Source: Thermoplasmatota archaeon
Lineage (GTDB): Archaea > Thermoplasmatota > Penumbrarchaeia > Penumbrarchaeales > Penumbrarchaeaceae
DNA: 64,000 nucleotides
NCBI GenBank assembly: GCA_016928095.1
Contig: JAFGLL010000121.1
Coordinates: 3,266-67,265, forward strand
Reading direction: 5' to 3'
A program made the translations under genes and the position numbers. How positions within the stretch are numbered: the first letter of the stretch is position 1; each line of letters opens with the position of its first letter. A model generated the notes under the pieces. The model was given only the letters and a program-made list of their open reading frames with translations. It did no database searches and had not been told where the DNA came from. Positions 29,940-39,568 of this stretch are shown here, one piece after another.

Positions 29940-30872
29940 TCAGAGGTTCAATTTTGATGGTATGAACCTCTGGAGCCACTCCTCGACCTCGGGGAGGTCC
30001 ATTGAGATCGTGGGATAGAATTGGGACACCGGCATACCCCGCGAATGGACCACGGGATATTCCATTTCTTCCCCGGGACCCGAGGGTATGACCACCCCTT
30101 TCACCTTGAGCCGGTCGACAGCATCCATCAGCGCGGATGACAGGCCCCCCCCTGCCTTGAGGACGAAAGGTCCCTGGTGACCGCCCATGGTGCCCGTTCT
30201 CATGAACTCTGCCCAGTATGCGTAATGCTCCTCCCTTGTGGCCGGTATCACCCGGCACCCTCTGCGCCTCATTAAAAGGAAGGAGAGAAGGCTCCTCCTT
30301 TCCGATCCGGTATCGGGCGCCGGAAGCAGCAGCAGGACCCGCCCCTGGGATGAAGCCGGCATCCCGCCCGATCCCTTCGTCCTGTTGTCGAAGATATAGG
30401 CATTGGACTCCCTTACCTCGACCTCAATCCATATGTCTGGATGTACAAGGTCGACCGTTGCATCGCCCTCCTCAAGGTGTGATATGACGGCCCCACCCCC
30501 CTCCACTGCTATCTCCTGGCTGGTGTAAGGATGATTACCCGACCTCCTCACCTTGAGACCGTAGGTCATCCCTTTACGGATACGTTTCTCCCCGTATCGG
30601 GAAAGGGCTTCCATCAATTCCCCCCTCCGGGATGATGCTTTCTCGACGAGCGAGAACGAGAATATCCCCGGGATCTGCCTCAAAACCCATGAGGCCATCT
30701 CCTCCTGGTCCGTCTCAACGAACAGCCGGCTCCTCTGAACGCAAAGGATATGCTCCACTCCCGCCTCGATAAGGCTTCCCTCGATGTCATCGGCGAGCAG
30801 TTTAAGGAACCTTGACCTGACCTTCTCGGACTTCAATCCAAGCTCTGCGAACCTGATGAGGATGGTCGTCAT
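29940..30872 (-). CDS. THUMP-domain ThiI-like protein with a degenerate PP-loop
   Basis: The likely start is 'MTTILIRFAELGLKSEKVRSRF' (a ThiI/THUMP-type N-terminus), immediately after the radical-SAM stop; the ORF-track start at 30980 overlaps it. Where ThiI has 'LLLSGGIDS' this protein reads 'LLLLPAPDTGS', so the SGGxDS motif is lost. Confidence 0.55.
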   Translation of the reverse strand: MTTILIRFAELGLKSEKVRSRFLKLLADDIEGSLIEAGVEHILCVQRSRLFVETDQEEMASWVLRQIPGIFSFSLVEKASSRRGELMEALSRYGEKRIRKGMTYGLKVRRSGNHPYTSQEIAVEGGGAVISHLEEGDATVDLVHPDIWIEVEVRESNAYIFDNRTKGSGGMPASSQGRVLLLLPAPDTGSERRSLLSFLLMRRRGCRVIPATREEHYAYWAEFMRTGTMGGHQGPFVLKAGGGLSSALMDAVDRLKVKGVVIPSGPGEEMEYPVVHSRGMPVSQFYPTISMDLPEVEEWLQRFIPSKLNL

Positions 30873-31894
30873 CGGTCCCACACTCCGGAGATGACCGTGC
30901 GGCAGTATTTGCATCTGCCTTCCATCAATCCCTTCTGGCGGACAGTGTACATGTTCCGCTCTATCACCTTCTTTTTGCATTCAGGACAGTAACTATCATT
31001 GAAGTCCCCGCCTCCCAGGTTGCCGATGAAAACATGCTTCACTCCCCTTCCAATGGCCTGGTCCCTGATCCTCTGTAACGTCCCTGGTGGTGTCGGCGGG
31101 ACATCCAACATCCTATGGTCAGGATGGAACCGGTTGAAATGCACGGGTACCTGATCGTGGAGTTCCGACAGCATCCATTCAATGAAACCTCCAACCTGCC
31201 CATCATCATCGTTGTGCCCCGGGATCACCAGGTATGCGATCTCTACGTGCACCCCCATGTTCACAGCTGTCTTCACGTTTTCAAGTACCGTCTGAAGTCT
31301 GCCTCCCGCGATCTTGCCGTAGAACTCCTCGGAGAATCCCTTGACATCGATGTTAGCGGCATCCGTATGTTCCATCAATTCTCCCCACGGGCCGGGATGG
31401 AGATGGCCATTGGTGACATGGACGACCTTTGCACCTCTACTTCTCAATTGGGGAGACACGTCCATGATGTATTCGAAATTGATCGTGGGCTCGTTGTATG
31501 TGAATGCCACTCCTACGCTTCCTCTGTCAAGGGCCTTCTCTATCAGCAGATGAGGTGGGATGAAATATCCCTCCATCCCTTCCGGGCGTTCCCTGGAAAG
31601 GCTCCAGTTCTGACAATGCCTGCAGCTCAGGTTGCATCCGATCGACCCCAAGGAGAGTATCCTTGAACCGGGAAGGAAATGGTTCAGAGGTTTCTTTTCT
31701 ATGGGGTCCAGATGTATGGCGGGATATATGCCGTAGGCAGCGGCCTGGAGTTTTCCCCCCCTGTTCACCCTGATGCCGCAAATACCCCGTCCGCCTTCAG
31801 CTATTCTGCATTCATGCGGGCATAGCATGCATCCCACATCATTGTCATCGAGGGCCTTCCAGTGACATGCCTCCATGGCTTCCATATTCTCCAT
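30869..31894 (-). CDS. Radical SAM enzyme of the AmmeMemoRadiSam (AmrS) / PFL-activase-like family
   Basis: 'EACHWKALDDNDVGCMLCPHECRIAEGGRGICGIRVN...DPIEKKPLNHFLPGSRILSLGSIGCNLSCRHCQNWSLS' shows an N-terminal Cys cluster, a DPIEKKPL box and CxxxCxxC. The likely start is at the MENMEA/MEAMEA Mets (31876-31894), and the ORF-track start at 31957 overlaps the DUF72 gene. Confidence 0.8.
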   Translation of the reverse strand: MENMEAMEACHWKALDDNDVGCMLCPHECRIAEGGRGICGIRVNRGGKLQAAAYGIYPAIHLDPIEKKPLNHFLPGSRILSLGSIGCNLSCRHCQNWSLSRERPEGMEGYFIPPHLLIEKALDRGSVGVAFTYNEPTINFEYIMDVSPQLRSRGAKVVHVTNGHLHPGPWGELMEHTDAANIDVKGFSEEFYGKIAGGRLQTVLENVKTAVNMGVHVEIAYLVIPGHNDDDGQVGGFIEWMLSELHDQVPVHFNRFHPDHRMLDVPPTPPGTLQRIRDQAIGRGVKHVFIGNLGGGDFNDSYCPECKKKVIERNMYTVRQKGLMEGRCKYCRTVISGVWDR

Positions 31895-31940
31895 CACGGG
31901 GGCAATATCGTTCGGACAGAGAATAAAGATTGCCCCAAAA

Positions 31941-32852
31941 CTACAGGAAATTGTCAAGAGCGCCCGGAGGAGCCGAGAGACCCAGGAGCTCCCTCATCCT
32001 GATCGCGTTCTTCGGGGCCATCCCTCTTGGATGATTGTTGAAATATATCCTGGTGTCTCGGTCCACTTTGGATGCCATGATCCTCAGGGGGTCGAGCCTC
32101 TCCCTGAGCTCACTCTCAGGATAATCATAGGAATACCTCTCATCTTCCCCCTCGCCATGGGTCCTGAACCAGGCTTCCTTGTTCCTCCCGTGGAACCGTA
32201 TATAAGTATGTCTGGCTGTCTCCTCCGTGAACCATGGGAACGAGGGGCCGTCAACAACGACCAATGCGATCCCGAACTCTCTTAGTATGTCCCTTGCCTC
32301 TTCAATGAGCCTCAGTTCCTCATTGAGCCATGAGGAGTTCCTCAGCTCCAAGGCGGGATAGCCTGGCAGGGATGCCATCTTCTCGCCGAGTTCCCGGAGC
32401 CTTTTCAGGCCGAGAACATACCCGGGAAGCGGGACCCTGGGTTCCGCTTTCATCTTGTATTTGATATCTCCCCTGACCGTGAAATAGGGTGAGGCCTGGA
32501 AGAGGACCGCCCCAAGGACGCCGTCATCTTTCAAGGGACTGAGGACAGCTCGATCGAACTCATCCAATGCCCGGAACATATCGACCGGTTCATCCTCCAT
32601 GCAGCTCTCGTGGGATATCCTCCCCGGAACCTTGACGGTGAGCTCTCTCTTGTTGAAGGTGCGTGCGGTCCTGGACCAGGCCTGGACCGCAGAGGATGAT
32701 GGGGTGGTGTAGAAGGTCGAGTTGACCTCCACCGTGTCGAACATGGAGAAATAGTATCCGAGAAGGTCCTTCGAAGGGCAACCTTCAGGATAGACAGGCC
32801 CGAGCCAGTCCTTGTATGACCAACCGCTGTTACCGATCCTGATCCTTCCCAT
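31941..32852 (-). CDS. DUF72 (UPF0759) family protein
   Basis: N-terminal 'IRIGNSGWSYKDWLGPVYPEG...LLGYYFSMFDTVEVNSTFY' is the characteristic DUF72 opening. Confidence 0.8.
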   Translation of the reverse strand: MGRIRIGNSGWSYKDWLGPVYPEGCPSKDLLGYYFSMFDTVEVNSTFYTTPSSSAVQAWSRTARTFNKRELTVKVPGRISHESCMEDEPVDMFRALDEFDRAVLSPLKDDGVLGAVLFQASPYFTVRGDIKYKMKAEPRVPLPGYVLGLKRLRELGEKMASLPGYPALELRNSSWLNEELRLIEEARDILREFGIALVVVDGPSFPWFTEETARHTYIRFHGRNKEAWFRTHGEGEDERYSYDYPESELRERLDPLRIMASKVDRDTRIYFNNHPRGMAPKNAIRMRELLGLSAPPGALDNFL

Positions 32853-32870
32853 GGTCCCTCCGGGGCACCA

Positions 32871-33290
32871 TCACTCGAGCTTGCCCTTCTTGCCGCAGCT
32901 GGGACACTTGATCTTCAGAGGCCTTTCATTGGTGGTTATGGGTATTGGGGTATCGCAGGCAGGGCAAGGAATATAACCGAGTATCTCGGGAGTCTTGCCG
33001 GTGGAAGCCTCAAGGTCGAACTCTTCCTGAGAAAGAGAGTACATCTTTGCCTCACCGTCGTGGAAGACCTCCGTGGGGGCTTCCATGCCAACGATGTTGG
33101 TATTCCCCAGGTCAAGGATCTGACCTGATGGTCTGTAGATGGGACCCTGGATACCTTCCATCTCGGTCTCCTTGAATATTATCGGGAAGTATCGGTATTC
33201 GAAATCCGGAAAGAGGTCCCTTTTCTTCGTTTCCTCAGACAAGGTATCACCTGCTGCGGGAGTTGTTTCCTCCCATAAAAACGTATTCAC
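32871..33290 (-). CDS. Small protein with a C-terminal Zn-ribbon
   Basis: 'CPACDTPIP...KCPSCGKKG' at the C-terminus after an acidic N-terminus. Confidence 0.45.
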   Translation of the reverse strand: MNTFLWEETTPAAGDTLSEETKKRDLFPDFEYRYFPIIFKETEMEGIQGPIYRPSGQILDLGNTNIVGMEAPTEVFHDGEAKMYSLSQEEFDLEASTGKTPEILGYIPCPACDTPIPITTNERPLKIKCPSCGKKGKLE

Positions 33291-33341
33291 GGTAACAGGC
33301 AGTCCCTGACCGTTCGAGGATGTGGAACTGCCACTGTCCCC

Positions 33342-36300
33342 CTATGAACCATTTCTGGGCCTACGACGTATGACCACTAGTCCAACTAACAGCAAGACCA
33401 TACAGATCAGCAACACCAACAACACCAAGGTGACACACAGCAGAATAGGAGTATGTCCGTATTCTCTCTCTACCGACAGTCCGATCGTCATCCGGTTGTT
33501 ATCATTGGCCCCCCCATCCACGAACTGGTCCCTCAGCTCATGGACCGAATTGTCCGGATCGATGTGAATAGATACCAGCTGTTCTCCGGCAGCAAGATCC
33601 ATAGGGACGATCACCTCATACTTCTGACCAGGTCCGATCGGACCTATACCGATTCTTTGGACAGGGGAGTCTGAGGTATGAACGTTCATCCAGGTAGTGT
33701 TCGTGGCCGCATCACCCATGTTGATGATATCGATAACGAGAACGAAACCCTCACCCTCCGATGCTTGTTCGATGGTATTGCCCGAGGTGTCGTGTAATGA
33801 ATATCCATTGCCGTCGAAAGCAAGGTCCGGAATTGTGAGATCGAGATCGAGCGACAGCAGGCAGCTTCCGCTCCATTCTTCGGACCTCACGAGGAACCGA
33901 AGATGAATGTCATTCACGAGGTAGGACCCATCACCACTGTCGCCGCCGGCGATGATGTCGATGTAAGCGGTCTCCCCCCGGCCAAGCATGAACACAAGCT
34001 CATGGCTGCTTGTAGGGTGTTCAGCCTCGGTGGGGAAGCTGAGATATTCCCCGATCCTCAACTCTGTCGATGCTAACTCGGCCATGCTCATGCTTATGGT
34101 CTCAATGACATCTGGACCCAGCGAGCGGGAGATCCCCTTGAACGCCGCATGCCACCCTTCTTCCGGGGGGATCCTGACAACAGGGTTAATGGTGAACTCT
34201 TTCCCGTATAAGACATGGATGAGGTCCCTAGCATTCTGATCGTTGGTGACCTCTAAGGTGTACTTCCTGACCTCGCGAATAGGAGCATTGTCGGTCTTGC
34301 TGATACCACCGTTCAGGAATTTGGCCTTGATATCTCCCACTCCGGTGACGTTCACGGTGAAGGAGACCACGATCGGAACGTTAACCTCGGGGGTCATCCA
34401 GAAAGAGATCTTTTGACTGCCTGCATCGGCATCCTCCCGAACCTTCACATGGACTAAAAGCTCCACATCTTCGAACATACCAAGATGGACGGTATCAACA
34501 AGGGCTCCCTCTCCATCGGTCAATTCAACCTCCAATGAGCTGTCGATATCGAAGGGTGTGATCTCGATGGCCTCGTCGAAGTTGGACCGGCTTGAAAGCT
34601 TCAAGGTGGCATTCATGGAGTCACACGGTGCGAGATCGAGTTCATCCGGTAGATGGATGCCCACTATCAACCCCGAACTCCTTGGGATGACCAGGGTGAT
34701 GCTCACACTTGAGTTCAGGGAGAGGCCTTCTGCCACTCCAAAAAAGGTGAGGTCCACTTCGGTGCCTGCTTCGTACAATGTATGGATCCATGAAGGGGGC
34801 GTGATGGTGACCTGGACCCGCTTCATCTGGCCCCTTTTTATCGGTATTGCCCCATCGAGTAACTCGAGCCCCCATGCGGAAGTAAGGCCCTCAACGCTCA
34901 GAAGAACGTTCAAGGGATCGATGTTGCCCGTGTTCGTGATACCAAGAGAGATAGTTAGTTTTTCATCAGTGATCTCGTAACGGTCCTCGAACGCAACAAG
35001 GGATAATCCGGGGACGCTCCCGACCACAAGAATGATCTCATCCGTTTTTTGAAGAATGCCCATCATGTTCTTTGAGATCCCTTTGACCACAATCGGAATT
35101 CTCGAGTCCGCGACAGCATTGGGAGAGGCCTCGACGGCCACCGTGAAAGTTGCACCCGAGCATCCACCGAACATATCGACAAAGAGCTGAGCTGTCAGAG
35201 AGACAGAAGCGTTCAGCGTTCCAGTCTCCATGAAATACCAGTTCCACCCTGCTCCGATGGGTGGTTCCGAAAGGGTCAGTTCGTAGGAATCGTTCATGTT
35301 CCCTGTGTTGCGGATAACGATCGTGTAAGTACAGTCATTACCCGGATCGATAGTGTTCCATTTTTTATCATACAATTCAGATAGCGGATCTTCGTCCACA
35401 GGCTGGAGGAAGAACACCTCGAGATCATTGAAGAGGTTCAAAACAGCGATGCATGATACGGTCTCAATATCGTCTGTGTTCGTTTCCAGATAAGCATCGA
35501 CGTCTATCCTTGCGATCTCCCCGAAGTCCTCATCCCATGGTGCATAGACCCAGAAGGTCACTTGCGCTGCCTCTTGAGATGCCAGCATCACAAATTCCGG
35601 ATTGTCATTGCCCTTGCCCGGAGGTGTATCAAGCCATGCTGACCATCCGGGAGGCACGGTGGAGCGGTCTATGTGTACCATTATCTTCTGCCGGTTCTCC
35701 TCCGTTATTCCCTGGCCTTCGAGCAATACCGATAGATTGAAACCGACAAGCGAACCAGGACTGACACTCTTCAACAAGGGTTCCGGTCCCTCGTTCTCAT
35801 CGATCTTCGGACCGAACTCAACCCATTTTGTTGGGTAATTGTAATAGTATCCCGTTCTTCCGTTGTTCCCGTGGAAGGTCGGCCAGTCGGCCTGGCCGAC
35901 AAGAGACCTGCCTCCTGCCGAGAGACAGAGCACCCTGCCGTCGGTTGTCCCTATGACAACCTCGAGCACGCCGTCCCGGTCGATGTCAGCAACAACCGGT
36001 GACGAGATGCCGAAGGTCGTATCCGCGTCATATACCCAGAGAACATCCTGGGTGGGACAATCTCCTGGATACGGGGCCCCTTCATCGACCCCATCCGAAG
36101 GGTCGCCGTCCAGGCAGAATATCTTCCCGCTCTCGGATGCGACGATGATCTCGAGCTCCCTGTCGTGATCGATGTCGCATAGGGCAGGAGATGAAATAAG
36201 TGCTCCACCCGTATCAAAACTCCAGAGTTGGGTCATGGTCGCGGAGTTCGCCACGTAGAGCATGCCGTTCCCGGAACCGAATACAAGCTCGATATCGTCC

Positions 36301-37463
36301 CCGGTCCAGGAGCTGTAGGCCGTTCCCTGCAGATCGCCAAATGCGGGCGAACCGATGATAGCGCAATCTTCGGACCCGATAGGAATATCGCCGGTAAGAC
36401 CGCCTTGGCGCTTGAAAAGCAAGATATCACTCCCCCAATCGTTCCAATCGAACGATCCCCGGTTCCTCCCGAGGGTCATTTCAAGTCCCTGGTCCGGATC
36501 GACATTTGCCACGGCAGGGGTGGAAATGAGATATTGGTCCAAGTTCTCGCTTAGGTTTCTTGCATATCCCCCCTTCGGACCTATGGAGCGGTTCTTCAGG
36601 TCGTATACCTCCATGTATCCATACCTTGCGATCACGAGCTCCATCGAGATTTCCTCTCCATCTCCAGGCAATCTTCTGGTCCCGTTCTCCCAGAAGGCCC
36701 CGTCCAGGTCCTCGGCAACGATCGAGGCAGACACCTCATTGAGGGTATCTCCGTTCAGGGAAATATTCTGCTGAAGGACGATCGTTCCGTTACCCTTGAG
36801 GATCACAAGTTCGGTCGTCCTGTTCTCGTTGTCCCTTGCGAATACGATCTCCATTTCTTTGTTCGTTGGCTTCGGCCCCCCTTCAAGATCGACGAGGGTC
36901 GGAGTGTTGAAGATCGATCCGTTAGGGACTTCGTATCTCCACATGAGCCTTCCGTTCGCTCCGATACAGTAGAGCCCGTCGCCCCCGGCTATGAGCAGTT
37001 CCGGTTCATCTCCCGACACGACGTCCCCGACGAGAGGCGAGGGAAAATATTCCGGAGGCCTGAGCGATCCATGCCGGGTCCATTCTTCAACACCGAGCAG
37101 GTCCATCCCCCCTAGCTGGAAGGGCTCTCCCCAGAAACAGGACCCCCCGTGCCTGATGACGTTAACATTACCATCCGCGGACACCACCACGATCTCCATC
37201 CTCCCGTCCCCATCAAGGTCCGAAAGTGCCGGGGTCGAGATATTCGAGGTATCGTCCTTTATCGCATCCACTTCCCATTCCAGCCTCGGATCACCCATGA
37301 GAACCACCCCAGAGGATATCGATGGAGGGAGCGAAATGGGAGCGGCCGCTCCCGTGATCAACATTACAGTCGATGATAATAGCATCCCCAGGACCATGAC
37401 CGTGATACATTTCTTCGGGTTGCCACCCAAGTAAACCTCTCCCCTGACGTGATAAGATATCAT
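33342..37463 (-). CDS. Giant surface protein (1373 aa) with an FG-GAP/VCBS-type 7-bladed beta-propeller, beta-sandwich domains and a C-terminal TM anchor
   Basis: Signal 'VMVLGMLLSSTVMLITGAAAP'. Repeats 'SDLDGDGRMEIVVVSADGNV', 'GDVVSGDEPELLIAGGDG', 'CDIDHDRELEIIVASESG' and 'ADIDRDGVLEVVIGTTDG'. C-terminal 'ILLCVTLVLLVLLICMVLLLVGLVVIRRRPR'. Confidence 0.75.
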   Translation of the reverse strand: MISYHVRGEVYLGGNPKKCITVMVLGMLLSSTVMLITGAAAPISLPPSISSGVVLMGDPRLEWEVDAIKDDTSNISTPALSDLDGDGRMEIVVVSADGNVNVIRHGGSCFWGEPFQLGGMDLLGVEEWTRHGSLRPPEYFPSPLVGDVVSGDEPELLIAGGDGLYCIGANGRLMWRYEVPNGSIFNTPTLVDLEGGPKPTNKEMEIVFARDNENRTTELVILKGNGTIVLQQNISLNGDTLNEVSASIVAEDLDGAFWENGTRRLPGDGEEISMELVIARYGYMEVYDLKNRSIGPKGGYARNLSENLDQYLISTPAVANVDPDQGLEMTLGRNRGSFDWNDWGSDILLFKRQGGLTGDIPIGSEDCAIIGSPAFGDLQGTAYSSWTGDDIELVFGSGNGMLYVANSATMTQLWSFDTGGALISSPALCDIDHDRELEIIVASESGKIFCLDGDPSDGVDEGAPYPGDCPTQDVLWVYDADTTFGISSPVVADIDRDGVLEVVIGTTDGRVLCLSAGGRSLVGQADWPTFHGNNGRTGYYYNYPTKWVEFGPKIDENEGPEPLLKSVSPGSLVGFNLSVLLEGQGITEENRQKIMVHIDRSTVPPGWSAWLDTPPGKGNDNPEFVMLASQEAAQVTFWVYAPWDEDFGEIARIDVDAYLETNTDDIETVSCIAVLNLFNDLEVFFLQPVDEDPLSELYDKKWNTIDPGNDCTYTIVIRNTGNMNDSYELTLSEPPIGAGWNWYFMETGTLNASVSLTAQLFVDMFGGCSGATFTVAVEASPNAVADSRIPIVVKGISKNMMGILQKTDEIILVVGSVPGLSLVAFEDRYEITDEKLTISLGITNTGNIDPLNVLLSVEGLTSAWGLELLDGAIPIKRGQMKRVQVTITPPSWIHTLYEAGTEVDLTFFGVAEGLSLNSSVSITLVIPRSSGLIVGIHLPDELDLAPCDSMNATLKLSSRSNFDEAIEITPFDIDSSLEVELTDGEGALVDTVHLGMFEDVELLVHVKVREDADAGSQKISFWMTPEVNVPIVVSFTVNVTGVGDIKAKFLNGGISKTDNAPIREVRKYTLEVTNDQNARDLIHVLYGKEFTINPVVRIPPEEGWHAAFKGISRSLGPDVIETISMSMAELASTELRIGEYLSFPTEAEHPTSSHELVFMLGRGETAYIDIIAGGDSGDGSYLVNDIHLRFLVRSEEWSGSCLLSLDLDLTIPDLAFDGNGYSLHDTSGNTIEQASEGEGFVLVIDIINMGDAATNTTWMNVHTSDSPVQRIGIGPIGPGQKYEVIVPMDLAAGEQLVSIHIDPDNSVHELRDQFVDGGANDNNRMTIGLSVEREYGHTPILLCVTLVLLVLLICMVLLLVGLVVIRRRPRNGS

Positions 37464-37571
37464 TCAGGGTTCTCCTATAAGCGGTTTATTGTACATATCC
37501 GGAATATCCTTGATATCGGGGATGAACTGAGGCGGGAAAGTATTTCATAATCCATAGGACCATCATCCACC

Positions 37572-38072
37572 ATGGCAATGGAAGGCTCTCTCGGAATGAG
37601 GGTCACATCCGTTCTCGCTCTATCGATGGGTCCTTTCATGGTCATGGCAGATATAGTGGCCGTGGTGATCGTAAAGCACAAGGTGGTTCTCGGTTTTGGT
37701 GCCCCTGGTCAGGTATTTCCTTCGACCCTTGGTCTCATCGGGGCGGCCCTCTGGCTTGCAGGTCTTGTCTTCCTTAAATGGGCAAAGAGGTCAGAACGGG
37801 GGAACTTCAGCTCCAAGGCCAGATCCGTATTCCTCAAAGGAAAGGATGAGTTCAAATGCCCAAGCTGCGGTAAGATCATCGACGCATCACGGGTCGAATA
37901 CCATGAGAGGATCACATGCCCATGCGGCAAGATGTACGATATGTTCCAGGAAGGTCCATGGGACGGGGACGTTCCTACCTCGGGGGAACTATCTTCACCC
38001 TCGAAAGCAACTCCGATGCGGAGAGAGAGTGCCAAAGCTGTGAAAAGGCCTCCTCGCCAGCCTTCCCGTTGA
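37572..38072 (+). CDS. Small membrane protein with a cytoplasmic C4 Zn-ribbon
   Basis: Two hydrophobic helices, then 'CPSCGKII...CPCGKMY'. Its 3' 98 nt overlap the convergent nnr gene, so it is uncertain. Confidence 0.35.
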   Translation: MAMEGSLGMRVTSVLALSMGPFMVMADIVAVVIVKHKVVLGFGAPGQVFPSTLGLIGAALWLAGLVFLKWAKRSERGNFSSKARSVFLKGKDEFKCPSCGKIIDASRVEYHERITCPCGKMYDMFQEGPWDGDVPTSGELSSPSKATPMRRESAKAVKRPPRQPSR

Positions 38073-39564
38073 CGTAGGCTGCAACGCAGGCAGCATCAAA
38101 TGGCCGCATACCACGTGAAAGCAGTCCGGTGCAGAGGCCGGCGAGTATATCTCCGGTACCGCCAACGCTCATCGCGGGCACACCTGCCGTGCAGTATCTC
38201 CTGTATACCTTTCTTCCGGACAGCTCGATCGCAACGTTGTCGGAAAGGGAGGGGGGCTCTCCCGAAAAGCAGAGGTCCACAGGTCCCTTGATCAGCATGG
38301 TCGCCCCGAGCTTCCGATCCAGTTCGGAAACGATCTCGAGTGCCTCGGGTCTCCAGGAACCGGTCTCTCCAGTCTTCTCGCAGGGGTCCTTCAGGACATC
38401 CGTATCCGATCCTGGAAGGAAGCTCTTGACGAGCTTCCCCAGCTCCCCCCTGTGCGGGGTGAGCAGCACGTTATACCCCATCTTTCCTCCTTTCCAGAGT
38501 TCCGACACAGCTGTGATCCCGTCGGCATCGACCACCACGGGCAGGTTCAGGGATAATGCATGTTCAAGGGCCCCTTCCAGGAGGTGCAGGGTTCCTCTAT
38601 CGTTCCCTGCACCGGGACCTATCAATATCGAACTCGATCGTTCGATCATCTCCTTCAGGTCCGAAAGCACCTCTGGACCCAACCGATGTGGGTTGAGGGT
38701 CGGCAGCCTATTAACGATCAGGTCCATGGAGAAGGACGCAACGACATTGGCGATCCCCCGAGGGACCGCGACATTGACAAGATCGGCCCCCGTCCTCAGA
38801 GCTGCTGCCCCCGCAAGTGAAGGAGCTCCGGTGAAAGGCCCGCCTCCGATCACCAGGACCTTCCCCCCCTCGCCTTTCCTTGAACAGACTGGCTTGGCTG
38901 GAACGCGCAGGAGGTCGCCGGGACCGATGTATGTGGCGGCGTTATCGGGAATGCCTATCTTCTTCACGACGATCTCGCCGCAGTCAGGATGAGGCTCCCC
39001 GTCGACCATCATTTCCTCCTTGATGTCGTGGAAGGTAACGGTGACATCCGCCCTGAAAGCGGTATCCTGTCCGAGCCCCGTCGGTATGTCAATGGCGATC
39101 CTGATACCTTTGAACGAGTTCATGGCGGTCAATATCTGGACAAGGTCATTGCGTAGCTTCCCTCTCGCTCCAGAACCCAGCAATCCGTCCACTACTGCTC
39201 CAGCCCCTTTCAGTGATCTTTTCATTTGGGACTCGCGGTCGTTCTCTTCAAGGACCCGGGTGGGAACGCTTACGGGCAGGTCCGCGAAAGCCCTTCGGGA
39301 CAGCCCGGAACCATGATTGGGAATGTCCTTGATCATGACGACAACGACCGGGACCTTCCAGGTCGAAAGATACCGTGCGGCAACCACCCCGTCGCCCCCG
39401 TTGTTACCGGTCCCTGAGACGATCACGACCTTCTTGCCCGGATCGACCCGGGACCTGATCTCCTCTGCCAGCGATCTTCCAGCGGCCTCCATCAGGTGTG
39501 AGATATCGACCCCGAGATGTTCGCTGTTCAGGTCCAGAACTCCCACATCTACGAAGGATATCAT
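37975..39564 (-). CDS. nnr: Bifunctional NAD(P)H-hydrate repair enzyme Nnr (YjeF-N epimerase + ADP-dependent dehydratase)
   Basis: YjeF-N 'VVIVSGTGNNGGDGVVAARYL'. C-terminal carbohydrate-kinase-like 'ILIGPGAGND', 'HRGELGKL' and 'GGTGDILAG'. The likely start is 'MISFVDVGVLDL' (39564), since the ORF-track start at 39663 overlaps the upstream gene. Confidence 0.85.
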   Translation of the reverse strand: MISFVDVGVLDLNSEHLGVDISHLMEAAGRSLAEEIRSRVDPGKKVVIVSGTGNNGGDGVVAARYLSTWKVPVVVVMIKDIPNHGSGLSRRAFADLPVSVPTRVLEENDRESQMKRSLKGAGAVVDGLLGSGARGKLRNDLVQILTAMNSFKGIRIAIDIPTGLGQDTAFRADVTVTFHDIKEEMMVDGEPHPDCGEIVVKKIGIPDNAATYIGPGDLLRVPAKPVCSRKGEGGKVLVIGGGPFTGAPSLAGAAALRTGADLVNVAVPRGIANVVASFSMDLIVNRLPTLNPHRLGPEVLSDLKEMIERSSSILIGPGAGNDRGTLHLLEGALEHALSLNLPVVVDADGITAVSELWKGGKMGYNVLLTPHRGELGKLVKSFLPGSDTDVLKDPCEKTGETGSWRPEALEIVSELDRKLGATMLIKGPVDLCFSGEPPSLSDNVAIELSGRKVYRRYCTAGVPAMSVGGTGDILAGLCTGLLSRGMRPFDAACVAAYVNGKAGEEAFSQLWHSLSASELLSRVKIVPPR

Positions 39565-39568
39565 TCTC

